Positions 51,656 to 62,464 of a stretch of DNA of 64,000 nt are shown here, one piece after another. This stretch comes from Fistulifera solaris (lineage: Eukaryota). The stretch is from positions 62,001 through 126,000 of the forward strand of contig AP026153.1 of assembly GCA_030295235.1 (NCBI GenBank). The letters run 5' to 3'. The notes under the pieces were generated by a model, which had not been told where the DNA came from, did not search any database, and saw nothing but the letters and a program-made list of their open reading frames with translations. The stretch's first letter is position 1; each line of letters begins with the position of its first letter. The translations under genes were made by a program, and so were the position numbers.

Positions 51656-52632
51656 TTTTAATGTATTATGAAAGGAGTTGCGATGCGTTGATTATCTTCT
51701 TGATTTGAAGAAAATAATAAGAAATGAAAATATCCTGAGAAGAAAAGCTTTTCGTTTCGTCGACAATTTTTGCAACGCTTGTTCGCTCGTCTATGCAGGA
51801 TTTTTTTGGCCCAGGCAACAACGACGCCATAATTCTACGATTAGTACTAACGACGTATTCGCTTTTGTCACGTAATGTCATAGAAATTGAGCGATCCGAA
51901 ATCGATGTCAGGGTGACTCCGAACAAAGTAGTAGCTGACATCAAGCTTCTCTTCCTCACGTTCTCTAAGATACTTATCAAAGTATACACAGAGATGAGCA
52001 TAAATCATAAATCATCTTTCTTTCCGTGTTATAAATTTAATCCAGGCTCAAAAAGAATTGCCCCTCGCAGATGAAAGAAAACTTCAAGACATCACCGAGC
52101 GAGTCTCTGTTTAAAAGTAGCTTTCGTTGAGAACATAAACTACACTTAGACTTTACGTTCAATACAATATACAATTCATTGTGGTTAATTTTTTAATTCC
52201 GGAACTTTAACCCTGACATGTTGAAATGTTGAACATCATAGATTTCTGTTGACTTAGTGTAGCTTTTTCCAGAGACAGAGATTTAACAAGTACTCGTTGG
52301 CGAATGACGAATGACGAACGACGAACGTCCAAATTTCGCTGGCTTCCTCGGTATGAAAAAGTACAAGCTGTGACACGCGAAAACCATACACAGTACACAG
52401 TTCATTCAGAGTGAGTCACGAATGATGAGATTTGGAATTTGGAATCCTGCGCAGCAAAATGTCCGCTAATTTTCGCAAACAGAGCAACGAAGATGGAATG
52501 AAAATGATGTATACCTGGTAAGCCTTACAAGTAAGGGAAGCCAAGCACATCCTGTTCATGTGTTTGCTTTACCAACCAGGTCTCATTAACATTACAAATA
52601 ATCAATACTTTTTTGATTAAAAAGGAAATGCG

Positions 52633-53073
52633 ATGGATTGTGGATCAATAATAGCATTTGGCGCTGTTTGCATTCTGCTGATACCAGTTGTTCTCCTTTT
52701 GATCGATTTGACAGCTACATCAGCGGCAGTGAATCACAAGGAGATGTCGATAGAAAATGATTTTATTGACGACAAGAAAGAAGAGACCGCGGAAAAGAAG
52801 AGTCTGTCGAGCCTAGTGAAGAAACAAACGACAGCGCCGTCAATCCTGTGGACACCCAAACTAATGGATGGCGATGCGCATGTGAAGGCGGATTTTGCCA
52901 CCGGGTTTGTTGCAGAATTTTTCGGGAGCCGAAGCCGTGCTGCGAATGAGCGCGGGTCGATGTTACCACAAAAAGAACGTCTGACGGGGCGGTCGCACTG
53001 TTCCTCTACGTTCTTTTGCAGCATTTCAGGCTGGAATGGATTTTTCATTTATCCCTGGGAGTGGGAGAGGTAG
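52633..53073 (+). CDS. Hypothetical N-terminally anchored protein (3' end uncertain)
   Basis: ATG after an A-rich leader, and an N-terminal transmembrane segment IIAFGAVCILLIPVVLLLI. Confidence 0.4.
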   Translation: MDCGSIIAFGAVCILLIPVVLLLIDLTATSAAVNHKEMSIENDFIDDKKEETAEKKSLSSLVKKQTTAPSILWTPKLMDGDAHVKADFATGFVAEFFGSRSRAANERGSMLPQKERLTGRSHCSSTFFCSISGWNGFFIYPWEWER

Positions 53074-53405
53074 AGGCTGCGTTCTGGTGACCTGCGCCGG
53101 AAAAGTTGAATTTGAAGGCATGATTTGGCGTTCTTGGAAGACCTAACATCATCATTGCGTTTGATTGAAAGTCTTCGACGTATAAAAAGAGTACCAGTGC
53201 GTCGTCCGCCATGCAGCGGTGAGACAAAATAAATGAGAACAGGTCGACGGAAAAAACGCGACAAAAATTCAAAATGATGGAACGAAAAAGATTCTTTCAC
53301 ATTATCTTTCTGTCGATCGAGTCACCGTGCGCAAAGATATCGATGATACGTTTACATTCTGCATAGTTTGAAACGACACTTTGCTACAAACACCAAAGAA
53401 CGAAG

Positions 53406-54251
53406 ATGATTGGAGATAACGGCAACTCCCTGGAGCAATTCGCTCCCGACGCCGCGTCGCTCTTCAACAACATGAAAACACCGGCATCCATTATTGGCGG
53501 TGCATTGGTTTCTTTGGCCATTGCGGGTCCTTTACCGCTGGAGGGTTCCTCGCGTGAAAACCGTTCGCTGAAAATGGCTCGAGCGTTGTACAACGTGATT
53601 GGCGTTCTCAGCTTCAGTTCCGAATTGCTGGTAGTCATTTGGGCGACCGTCGCGTCGAACAAATTGGTCGAGACGCACGTGGAGCCGGCACAGAGTGTGT
53701 GGCATCTGATTGAACGCGATTTTAATCTCGAATGGGCGGCGACGAATGCCCATTTTGTTGCGGGCATGTTGGGATTCTTGGTACTTGTGGCCCTTCGCAT
53801 GTTCTTTCACGCCGATGGCGGCTTGTTGGGAATGGGAATCGCGGGTATTCCGCTCTCCGCACTTTTGTTAATGATTTCCGTGATCAACCGGGGAGTTGCT
53901 CGAGGTTCCGGAGACGGCCATCGTTATGGTGCTAATATTGGGTCGCTGTTTACGACTTATTTGTCGTTGTTGACTCAGCGAGCATGCAACAAGTCTTGCG
54001 TAGGATACTTGGAAATGGGGTCCATTGTTTTGTTGTTGACGAGTATGGCAGCAACTTTCAAGGGCGTTGCCGAACGATATCATCTTGGCGAATCAAAAAG
54101 ACCAATTAAACCGAATACAAATGGTCGAGTATGCGAATACGAGGTCAGCAATTGCCTAGCCTGTTCAACGTGTAAGCCAGTTAGTTATTTACATCAAAAG
54201 ACGCGTTTCTTTCTAGAGTGTAAGACAAGAACCTTAGATTCCTACAATTAG
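53406..54251 (+). CDS. Hypothetical multi-pass membrane protein (true stop may be near 54110)
   Basis: About five hydrophobic segments in a 281-aa ORF. Confidence 0.65.
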   Translation: MIGDNGNSLEQFAPDAASLFNNMKTPASIIGGALVSLAIAGPLPLEGSSRENRSLKMARALYNVIGVLSFSSELLVVIWATVASNKLVETHVEPAQSVWHLIERDFNLEWAATNAHFVAGMLGFLVLVALRMFFHADGGLLGMGIAGIPLSALLLMISVINRGVARGSGDGHRYGANIGSLFTTYLSLLTQRACNKSCVGYLEMGSIVLLLTSMAATFKGVAERYHLGESKRPIKPNTNGRVCEYEVSNCLACSTCKPVSYLHQKTRFFLECKTRTLDSYN

Positions 54252-54543
54252 TTGCTCACGACTCACGACTCACCAGCCGAAGGAACAAGAAAGAATCTCC
54301 GAGTACCGCTCCGTTACACTGTGACCCACAGTTAACTTTCCAGCTCAGTACATTTTGCTCGGAGTTGACACCGGCATTCCAGACGCGAAGCTGGTCGTTG
54401 TTTCGTGTCAATCAACGGTTGCTTTCGTCATTAATTATTTGAAAGAACAACTTTGACATTGCAAACAAAAAAAGCTCGACGAACCACTCAATCTGCATTT
54501 CGCTTACGCGCCTCCTTCACCCTTCAACGAATTTCATAACAAA

Positions 54544-54780
54544 ATGGGCTGCAATAGCTCCCGAGCGGCCGAATTTCACGCCGAGTGTGTAGACGACAGC
54601 ATTCATGCCATGCTGGCACGAGAAATACGAAAAGCGCAACAGAAAGGGCATAAAGTATGCGGTTACAAGCCAGCGCAACCGCATCCGCTTCTTCAAAAAC
54701 GACCAGTGACGTGCACGGAGGACGACGACGATGAAGTTCAAACGACTCTTTGTTCCGTCAGTGGCAGCATAACTGCATAA
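54544..54780 (+). CDS. 78-aa MGCxxS lipidation-motif microprotein (paralog 2)
   Basis: AAAATG start context; MGCNSS..DDSIH..GYKPAQPHPLL, shared with 51437-51655. Confidence 0.7.
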   Translation: MGCNSSRAAEFHAECVDDSIHAMLAREIRKAQQKGHKVCGYKPAQPHPLLQKRPVTCTEDDDDEVQTTLCSVSGSITA

Positions 54781-54925
54781 AGACGTCACGTCGTCTGCTA
54801 GCTATCCAATTCAGTGCATTATTCTTTGTTTCTTTGAACTTGTAAATCGCAAAATAATGATAGAGAAAGTGTTTGACGCTCAAATGTCAACGGTGTCACC
54901 GCCATGGTCGTCGATGTCCATGTAA

Positions 54926-56644
54926 GGGTCGATCTTATCGGACAAAAAAACCCGGCCATCTGGCCATCAGCCACCAAAAATCGTCTGTTCTCAACCGTTC
55001 CAGCCATTTCGGACGAGCCACATGGCCGAGATTTTTGACATGTCCATTTTCTCGGCCACCTCGCATCCACGCGGCCATTTCAAAATTTTTCACCTTTTTC
55101 AACACGACCATTTGTTACAATCGTCACTCAAATGTTCTGATTGATTAATCATTCGCCATTATTTTCATTTACAGCTGATCTATTTGTTGTAGGGAACAGC
55201 CGGGAAAAGACTGCGTCTTCGTACCCACAATATTCCGACAATCAGCCGTTTTTTGATCGCGTATTTCCTGCCGACCGTTATCGTTATTCAACTTTTTTCA
55301 TCGCTTCTTCATGTATTCCCATCAATAAGGCTCAAAGACATACTTTCATAGTGTGATGGAGCTCATGGAGTCACTGGTTCTGCAATAAGCGCTCGAAGGC
55401 GCTCGAGCGGACGATCGAACGAGCGCTTGGTCTCCAGTCGGCTTCTTTCTTCTGCGAATTATGAGATCTTTCTCATACCAGTGATCGAAAAATGACACAG
55501 AAAATCATGCATCAATACAAAAAGATTTATTCCTCTTAAAGAAGGAAGCGGGGGCGGAAGAATGGAGAGCTCAATTGACGACGACGATGGGAATTTTTCG
55601 CGGGCCGACTGTAAATTTAAATGCCGACACACAACCAAGTGTGAGCTTTTCTTTCTATGATGTAGACATCACAACAGAAGATCTCACGTTTTGGTGCCGG
55701 CTACGATGCTCAATTTGATCTGGCCGTCCACGAATCGATGAATGGTGGGGAAACCGAATTTTTCAGAACGTAGTTTTTATTCCCTAATTTTAGACGGAAA
55801 AACGATATAATGCCACCTTCTATCTTCTTGACCTCGTGGATCTTGTGTCAGATGCTCTGTTTTACATGTGCTATCCGTTCCGAAGAGTATTTGGTTCTGA
55901 GATCTTGTCAATATTCTTCTTGCAAAGCTAAATCTATTTGCCAGTCTATATTGTTGATTGAGCATGATACAGCTTGCATTGTTCGCAGACCTCATCTAGG
56001 AAGTGGACACAATCGCAAGTATCTAGTTAGTTACTTTACTGTGGATTGCTAGTGAATAAACTGCAAAGCGTTCAGGACGGAAGCTCTAGTACTTTACTTT
56101 GATCTCCTCACGGAGGATGAAGTGACGCTCACAGCTCTACCCGGCAAATGAAAGTCGAGATTAATGGCATGATAATTGACTCTAAGAGTTTCTTCCTACG
56201 ATTCGCAAAAGTAAAGTTTCCCTTTCGATGCAACAGCATATGAATCGCGAAAAACAAATAGATCTCGTCGATGATCTAGATGCTACTTTTCGACGTTCCC
56301 GATGACGAGTCGCTTTCCGCACCTGCGACAAATCCCCTTCACCATGCATCCATGATTAATTCTTGATTACAATAGAGTAATAATTATTTCTAAGTCCTCA
56401 AAATGAGATTTTTTATCAACAAATGTAGGTCGACGTCTTTCGATGAAAATGTGTCGTGATTTTCAATGCAATTGTAAAGGAAAAAACGAGGATTCTTATT
56501 TAGTCACTGCAATGTCGTATCGAAACTGTCAAAATGGCTGGTGGCCGGCAAAAATTTTCCGATAAAACGTATCGAGCCATGTCGACGGCCATGTAGCGAG
56601 ATGGCTGGCCAGATGGCCAGAAATAATTTCGATAAGATCGACCC
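54926..56644. mobile_element. PIF/Harbinger-like non-autonomous element (1719 bp)
   Basis: Perfect 15-bp TIR GGGTCGATCTTATCG...CGATAAGATCGACCC, TAA on both sides (54923-25 and 56645-47), an inverted subterminal GGCCATCTGGCCA at both ends, and no long ORF. Confidence 0.85.
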
Positions 56645-56680
56645 TAATTTTTAGAGGTCTCTACGTAAACTACTTGAAGC

Positions 56681-56749
56681 GACGTTAAAATTCTGCCTCG
56701 CCGTAGGCTCTACGTAGAAACTTGTACTGAGAGGCAGAATTTTAACGTC
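56681..56749. repeat. Perfect 19-bp inverted repeat with a 31-nt loop
   Basis: GACGTTAAAATTCTGCCTC (56681-99) pairs with GAGGCAGAATTTTAACGTC (56731-49). Confidence 0.9.
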
Positions 56750-57306
56750 ATTTCCTTTTTAATCAATACCAGGTAAGGCTTACTATCTTTACCAGTCTAC
56801 TTTTGGTGTTATTCTCGACGAAAATGCAGGTGCATTTTCGTTCTTGTTTCTGTTTTGTTAAGCCGGTGCGACTTATTAGAAATCGTCTTCGTTAGTCGAT
56901 CGTCTTCGTCGTCCTTTTATCACTCATGTCCTCATGTCTCAACATGCGTCGCGTGACTCTTTGTGTTCGTAGCATAGGATCTCGCGACAGAATTCCAGAT
57001 TCCATCGGAGGGAGTTCCGTTCCGCTTGTCCGCTTGCAACACGCACTTCAACCTTCGCAAAAACACGAATGCGAAGCAGCTGTCCAAAACGAGACAACAA
57101 ACCATCGTTGCTGTTATAACAACGTAAACAATTCCACGTGACACGTTCTTGACAAAGTATCAAAGTCAACGGGCAAGTCACGGCAAATCAGCGCGTTGGG
57201 AAGGCAAACGAAAGAGTCAGGGGAGACACGACACGCAGTCATCCGTCGCAGATTTCTCTTGGCTAAAAACTCAGCAATTCATACTACAAACAATCGGCAA
57301 CTCAGA

Positions 57307-57834
57307 ATGGGGACAATGTTTCGATCACTTTTCTTACTTTTCGTCTCGCTGAGCTTTCTGTCGCACGCATCGTCTTACCCTCATCGAGAGTTGAGTGCGA
57401 AAATGGAAAATTGGACGAATAACACGGATACCGGAAGCGAAACGGACACGGTAGCCAACACCAATTCCACTGAAACCAGTCCAAGCAAGAAACCCAAGGC
57501 TACAGTATCGACTGGAGATGACGACGCGACATCGAAAAAGACAATCAGCAACTCAACGGCCGTCATCCCCGGACAACAGGAAACAAACTATGTCAATACC
57601 TCCATTTCGCAGTGGGATATCACCAACAAATCCATGATTTCAATGAACGATACTTTGTCCGAAAACAGTGGCTTTCTTCCCAAAGAACGACCGCAAACAA
57701 CAGAATGGCTGCAATCGTGTTTGGGGATCTTTCTGGGCTTGGCCGTCATTCTGTTTGGTCTCACGGCGTATAAAAAATACCAAAAACGCCGGCATTATGA
57801 GAATGCTCCTGAAATGCAAACATTGGTAGTGTGA
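57307..57834 (+). CDS. Type I membrane glycoprotein with a Ser/Thr/Asn-rich ectodomain
   Basis: Signal peptide, several NxS/T sequons, a transmembrane segment (LGIFLGLAVILFGLTAY) and a basic cytosolic tail. Confidence 0.75.
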   Translation: MGTMFRSLFLLFVSLSFLSHASSYPHRELSAKMENWTNNTDTGSETDTVANTNSTETSPSKKPKATVSTGDDDATSKKTISNSTAVIPGQQETNYVNTSISQWDITNKSMISMNDTLSENSGFLPKERPQTTEWLQSCLGIFLGLAVILFGLTAYKKYQKRRHYENAPEMQTLVV

Positions 57835-58215
57835 TTTTGATCTGTTATGAATACACTACGCGTTTTAGAATCTATTCCGCATGCTACTCGCATAACAGCA
57901 ATACCAGGAAATAATCGATGGTTCTCCTCGCTTCCCCAAACTTCGACAAATTATCTTCTACTCCATTTAGTTAAGTGAATGCTCGTAGTTAGTATACATA
58001 ATGACTTTAAGAGATTCATAGCAATTTTTTCTATTACGGAGTAGCTATTTACAGATGGCTTAACGTTCAAGAAGACTTCGCGATGCTTGTTAACATTGCC
58101 TCAAAGAGAGCCAATAAGGATGAAAAATGTACAGCGCTCCTTCTTGCTAGCATGGAAGTCGTTCACAGCGTCAACTTTGACTCTGTATGGGCGAACATTT
58201 GAGCAGAGTACGCTC

Positions 58216-58455
58216 CTATTGCGATGGCGCGCAGGTATCGCCGTTCGATGACGACACGTCTGCTTGATGGCAATCATCGTCGAACCCGTCTTTGATCAGT
58301 TCCAGCGCCTCGTCAAGGACGCTGATGAGCAGGCGACGACGTTGACTGGTGTCTCGCGTATGCACTCGGGGTGATGTGTTTTCCGCTGAGGAGCGTTGCC
58401 GAGCAACGAAGGAGCTGGGCGTCGCGGACGGAATAGTGATGTTCTTGAGATTCAT
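58216..58455 (-). CDS. 79-aa microprotein with a VL(D/E)EALxL motif (paralog 1)
   Basis: RLLISVLDEALELIKD, shared with 59359-59595. Confidence 0.6.
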   Translation of the reverse strand: MNLKNITIPSATPSSFVARQRSSAENTSPRVHTRDTSQRRRLLISVLDEALELIKDGFDDDCHQADVSSSNGDTCAPSQ

Positions 58456-59358
58456 TGTTTGATAGGCGCTTTTGAAAGAGGGACGGGATGTGAATTAGTA
58501 ATATTATTATTTGTGACAAGCAACTGGTTTCAAAAGAACGACGCGGAAAAGTAGTGGTAGAGGTCTAATGTCTAATGAGCTGGTGGTCTTGAGAAAAGAG
58601 CGGACATTGAACTATAATTCTCCGCACCGTCTCACAGCCGCTTCTTTGATGTCTTCCTTTATGTACAATGAAGGAATTTGGGCTTATTGGGTATTGGGTA
58701 CATTGTACATTTTGTTTTTGTTTCTTGTCTCTTGTCTCTTGTCTTCTAACGATAGTCATCAATGTAGTACAAAAATTGGATACTTTTTAATTTTGAATTT
58801 TGAATCCGCTTAAACAGCCACGCATACGAACAAAAAGAAGTCAATTGAATCATCGTCGGCAAGACTATCGTACCTGGTACTGTATTAGGTATTAGATATT
58901 AGGTCTAAACCCGCAGAGCGCAAAGAATCCAATGAACGATCTAGGTCTACAGCAAACGGAAAATGAAGCGAGTTAGAAGTTAGAAGTTAGTTAGAAGCTT
59001 GGTCCTTGATGCGTGTCATGAAAATAAACGGAATTATCTGACGTTCCTCATTCAACCTTCGACCAATTTGTCACTCTGCATAACGAAACATGATGATTGC
59101 GAAGGAGTGGCCCGCATCAAATTAGTCTTGATTGGAAGGATGGGATGATCTGCTCAAACAGAACTGCTCCTAATCTATGATTTTATAGCAAAAACTCCAA
59201 ACGATCCTCCACCACGAGGCACTCGGCGGCGAGAATATTATACGATAATCAGGCGAAAAAGTGTAGAACGTAGCCAAAGCTGACTATATGTTTTATGTCG
59301 GAACCGCTAGCATTAAATTTCGTGTTTTGGGTCATGTACAAGTAAGTTGCTTCTGTTC

Positions 59359-59595
59359 TTATCTAGCGTGCTCCTCTAGTTCGTTCAAACTTCCGTCTTG
59401 CGACGCAAATAATTCTTCACAATCCTCCACCAAAGCAAGGGCTTCCTCGAGAACACGGATAACCCGTTTTGCCGAAAGGTTTGGCGACGACTCGTTCGGA
59501 GATGCCAAACGCCTTGACGAGTCAAACGATAAAGCTCCTGAAGACATGAATAGTCGTCGATTCAGGGGTGTAGCGGGTGGGCTTTGCTTCGTCAT
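59359..59595 (-). CDS. 78-aa microprotein with a VL(D/E)EALxL motif (paralog 2)
   Basis: KRVIRVLEEALALVED; same strand, size and layout as 58216-58455. Confidence 0.6.
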   Translation of the reverse strand: MTKQSPPATPLNRRLFMSSGALSFDSSRRLASPNESSPNLSAKRVIRVLEEALALVEDCEELFASQDGSLNELEEHAR

Positions 59596-60067
59596 GGTTT
59601 CCAGAGATCCTTGAAATTATCCTTGGTCGGTAGATAATTAGAAAATAGCGACGGAATGAAGCGACGATGCCTTGCGATTTTGTGAAGCAATTCGGATGGA
59701 AGTCAATAGAAAGATGATGCATGTCCAATTGCCGACGAAAAATGCATCCGTCATTGCGTCATTTGCCACCTCGGACAAAACAGCTCAGAACGCGGTTTAT
59801 CCACAAGAGTGAAGAACATGTTGAAGATGACTGATCGTCATTTCTTCACTAAGTTTTTGTCGTATTTTCCGTTTCTCCGGGACAAAAGAAGGCCCAGAGC
59901 TTTTACAGACATTCTATTCTGACATCACGCTCCTTGTGACGCCATATACGTGATTCGAAAGGATCCGCGATCCGCCACGAGACATGGTATTTTTGCGGTT
60001 GCAATACGATGATTTTCGCATTGAAACAGCATAATAAGGAATAATAAATGATTCAAAATAAGGTCTA

Positions 60068-62069
60068 ATGATTGTGATCTACCGGCTGCTTTTCACTATT
60101 CAATTATGTGCTCTGCTTGCTGCATCGTTTTTGGGTCGAGAAAATAGCTTTCTTGTTTTGAGATCAACAGCAAAATGCGGTTTAAAAAAGACAGCGGTTC
60201 TCGTTATTTGCATCCCCCGAACCGCGCGTTCGAGGTCTCATGGAAGAGGAAGATTTCCAACAAAAGAACGTGTACAATGAGGCCCTTAATCAATTGCGAC
60301 AGAAATTTCCCTACTTATTGCAAACGCCGCTATCAAATTCTCTACTGGCCCCCGATATCGAGTTGAATGTTGGAGTCTCTCCCAGTATATCATTGGCTTC
60401 CTCTCGAGAGGAACTGCTTCGACTTCAACAAATCATTATATTGACGCTTCGGGCCGGAAATCTGGTGCAATTCCAGCCACCCGTTGTCCAGTGCCAGTTC
60501 GGGTGTCTTCCCAACAATACAAATATTGTAAGAATCCGATGGCGCGTCGACTTGGCGGCTTCTCCACAACAACCCGTTTTGTTTGACGGAGAGTCGGTTG
60601 TCCAGTTGAATGGATCATCCATTGACACGCTGCGTCTAGAAAGTGTTAACTTCAATGGCCAGCCGCAAGACGCCGTCACGATCGGGCGCTTTCTGTCGTC
60701 AAGTCGAAGAGCCGTGCAGCAAGTACAGAGTTCACCGCTGCTGCAGCCGTTTCTGACGTCGCTATCTCCTCTTTTGGATACTCTCTTACTATCTTCGTCT
60801 TCGAATACATCGCTTGAGGATTCATTGTCGGAAGAATCTTCGTCTATCTTCTTGATACGCCCAATCAACTCGACGAACACAGCAAATGCAACAAAAAGCA
60901 GCAACGGAGAAGCTCAATGGGTACCACTGGAGGAATATCCTAGCAACTCATCTGATTTTCCTCTTCCAGGATCCGGGTCCTGGAGCAAGTACGCATTATT
61001 TCACAAACGTGCTGAACAATTCTACAAAGAAGTGTTACCAGCTTTACAAGATGGGACCATCGACGAATCGTGCTTTGCGCGTGAAGCGCGTCTCATCACT
61101 CAGGATGTCGGCGTCAAGAATCCACAACGGTTTTATCAAACACTAGCCATTGGACGACAACAATCGGGTGCGCAGTTTCAGTGTACGGGGATCAAGGCTG
61201 TTTGGAATGACAACGCTGTGGAAGTCTCGTATACGACTACTATTCCATCTTTACCTTCAGCGTTGCGATTTCGAGGCGCGGATGTATTTGCATTCAATGA
61301 CGCTGACCCCGTTCAAATAGCAAATATTCGTCAAGTACAGTTTCAAAATGAGGAGCCTTCGAGTGCCTGGGATGGTACGCTCGTCATGAAAAGTTTAGCG
61401 AAAGCGGTAGAAACAGGACGTCCGGATACGTGGGCGGACTTAATTCTGTTACCCAAGTCGGGACAATCCAGGTCTTTTCCTAGAAAATCGCGATCTGATA
61501 CTGCAGCCACGACAATCTACCGAATCATGGAACGGCTCCATATTGATTTGCGGCAGCTGGCTGGGCAGAATGAGACGGCTGTGGTACCAGCTAGCAATTA
61601 TCTTGACGAGGCGGTGCAGCTTACAGGCTACTTAAATGAAACGCTTGTCAAAGGGTCCGCACTATACTCAAGAAGTATTCTACTTGCCGTGCAATCATTT
61701 AAAGCAGCACTTAATAGCAATCAGATCAAATCCAAACAAGCGCCAGCGGTGCGGATCGAATTGACCGAAAACGGCAATGTGCGATGCGCTTTGACCTTAT
61801 TCTTGCAAGTCGTTGGGGTTCCTGCGTCAGTAAATGTACCCGTGAAGCTGCAAATCGATTTTGAATATGTTGCGGATCCTGACTCGGGTAGAATTATCCA
61901 GCATCGGTTGCTCGAATCACGGATCAATGGTCAGTTGACACCAGGAGACGTCGTCTCGCGTTGGATCCGCCGATTCACAGATCCCTCTTCAAAGCGATCA
62001 GAAGAGGAAGACTGGCTAGGTAGTGCCCTAGACACCATCAAATGGATGAGATCATTACGTCCTGAATGA
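60068..62069 (+). CDS. Uncharacterised protein with a probable bipartite plastid leader (frameshift near the 5' end)
   Basis: MIVIYRLLFTIQLCALLAAS-F leader lies upstream of a 609-aa ORF in another frame. Confidence 0.65.
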
Positions 62070-62464
62070 AGAATCGACGTTAGTCTGCTGCGGGGCTTGA
62101 AAACCTTGTTCATTACTTCAACGCCGTCGCACCTAGAAAGGTTTGCATCCCTTTTGTTCTTACACAAAATCATAACTGACGTCAAGGATAGTCTATTTTA
62201 TATAATAAGTTTGCTGACAAACTATAAGGACAAAAGAGCCATCGTCAAAACTTCCTTCCGATTGATCAGAACTTGCGGGAAGGGTACACTCTGTACCACA
62301 CTGCTTTATATCGAGAATACGAACAGTTTTCTTGTCGTCTTCTTTGGATCTGACCCTCATTCATTTTGCTCTTCCGCCCATTTCTTTTATCTTTGAAGGA
62401 AGCGCACACGCAATAACACCTATCCACGTTACTTGGTTATTTGCGGACTGAAATTACAAATATA

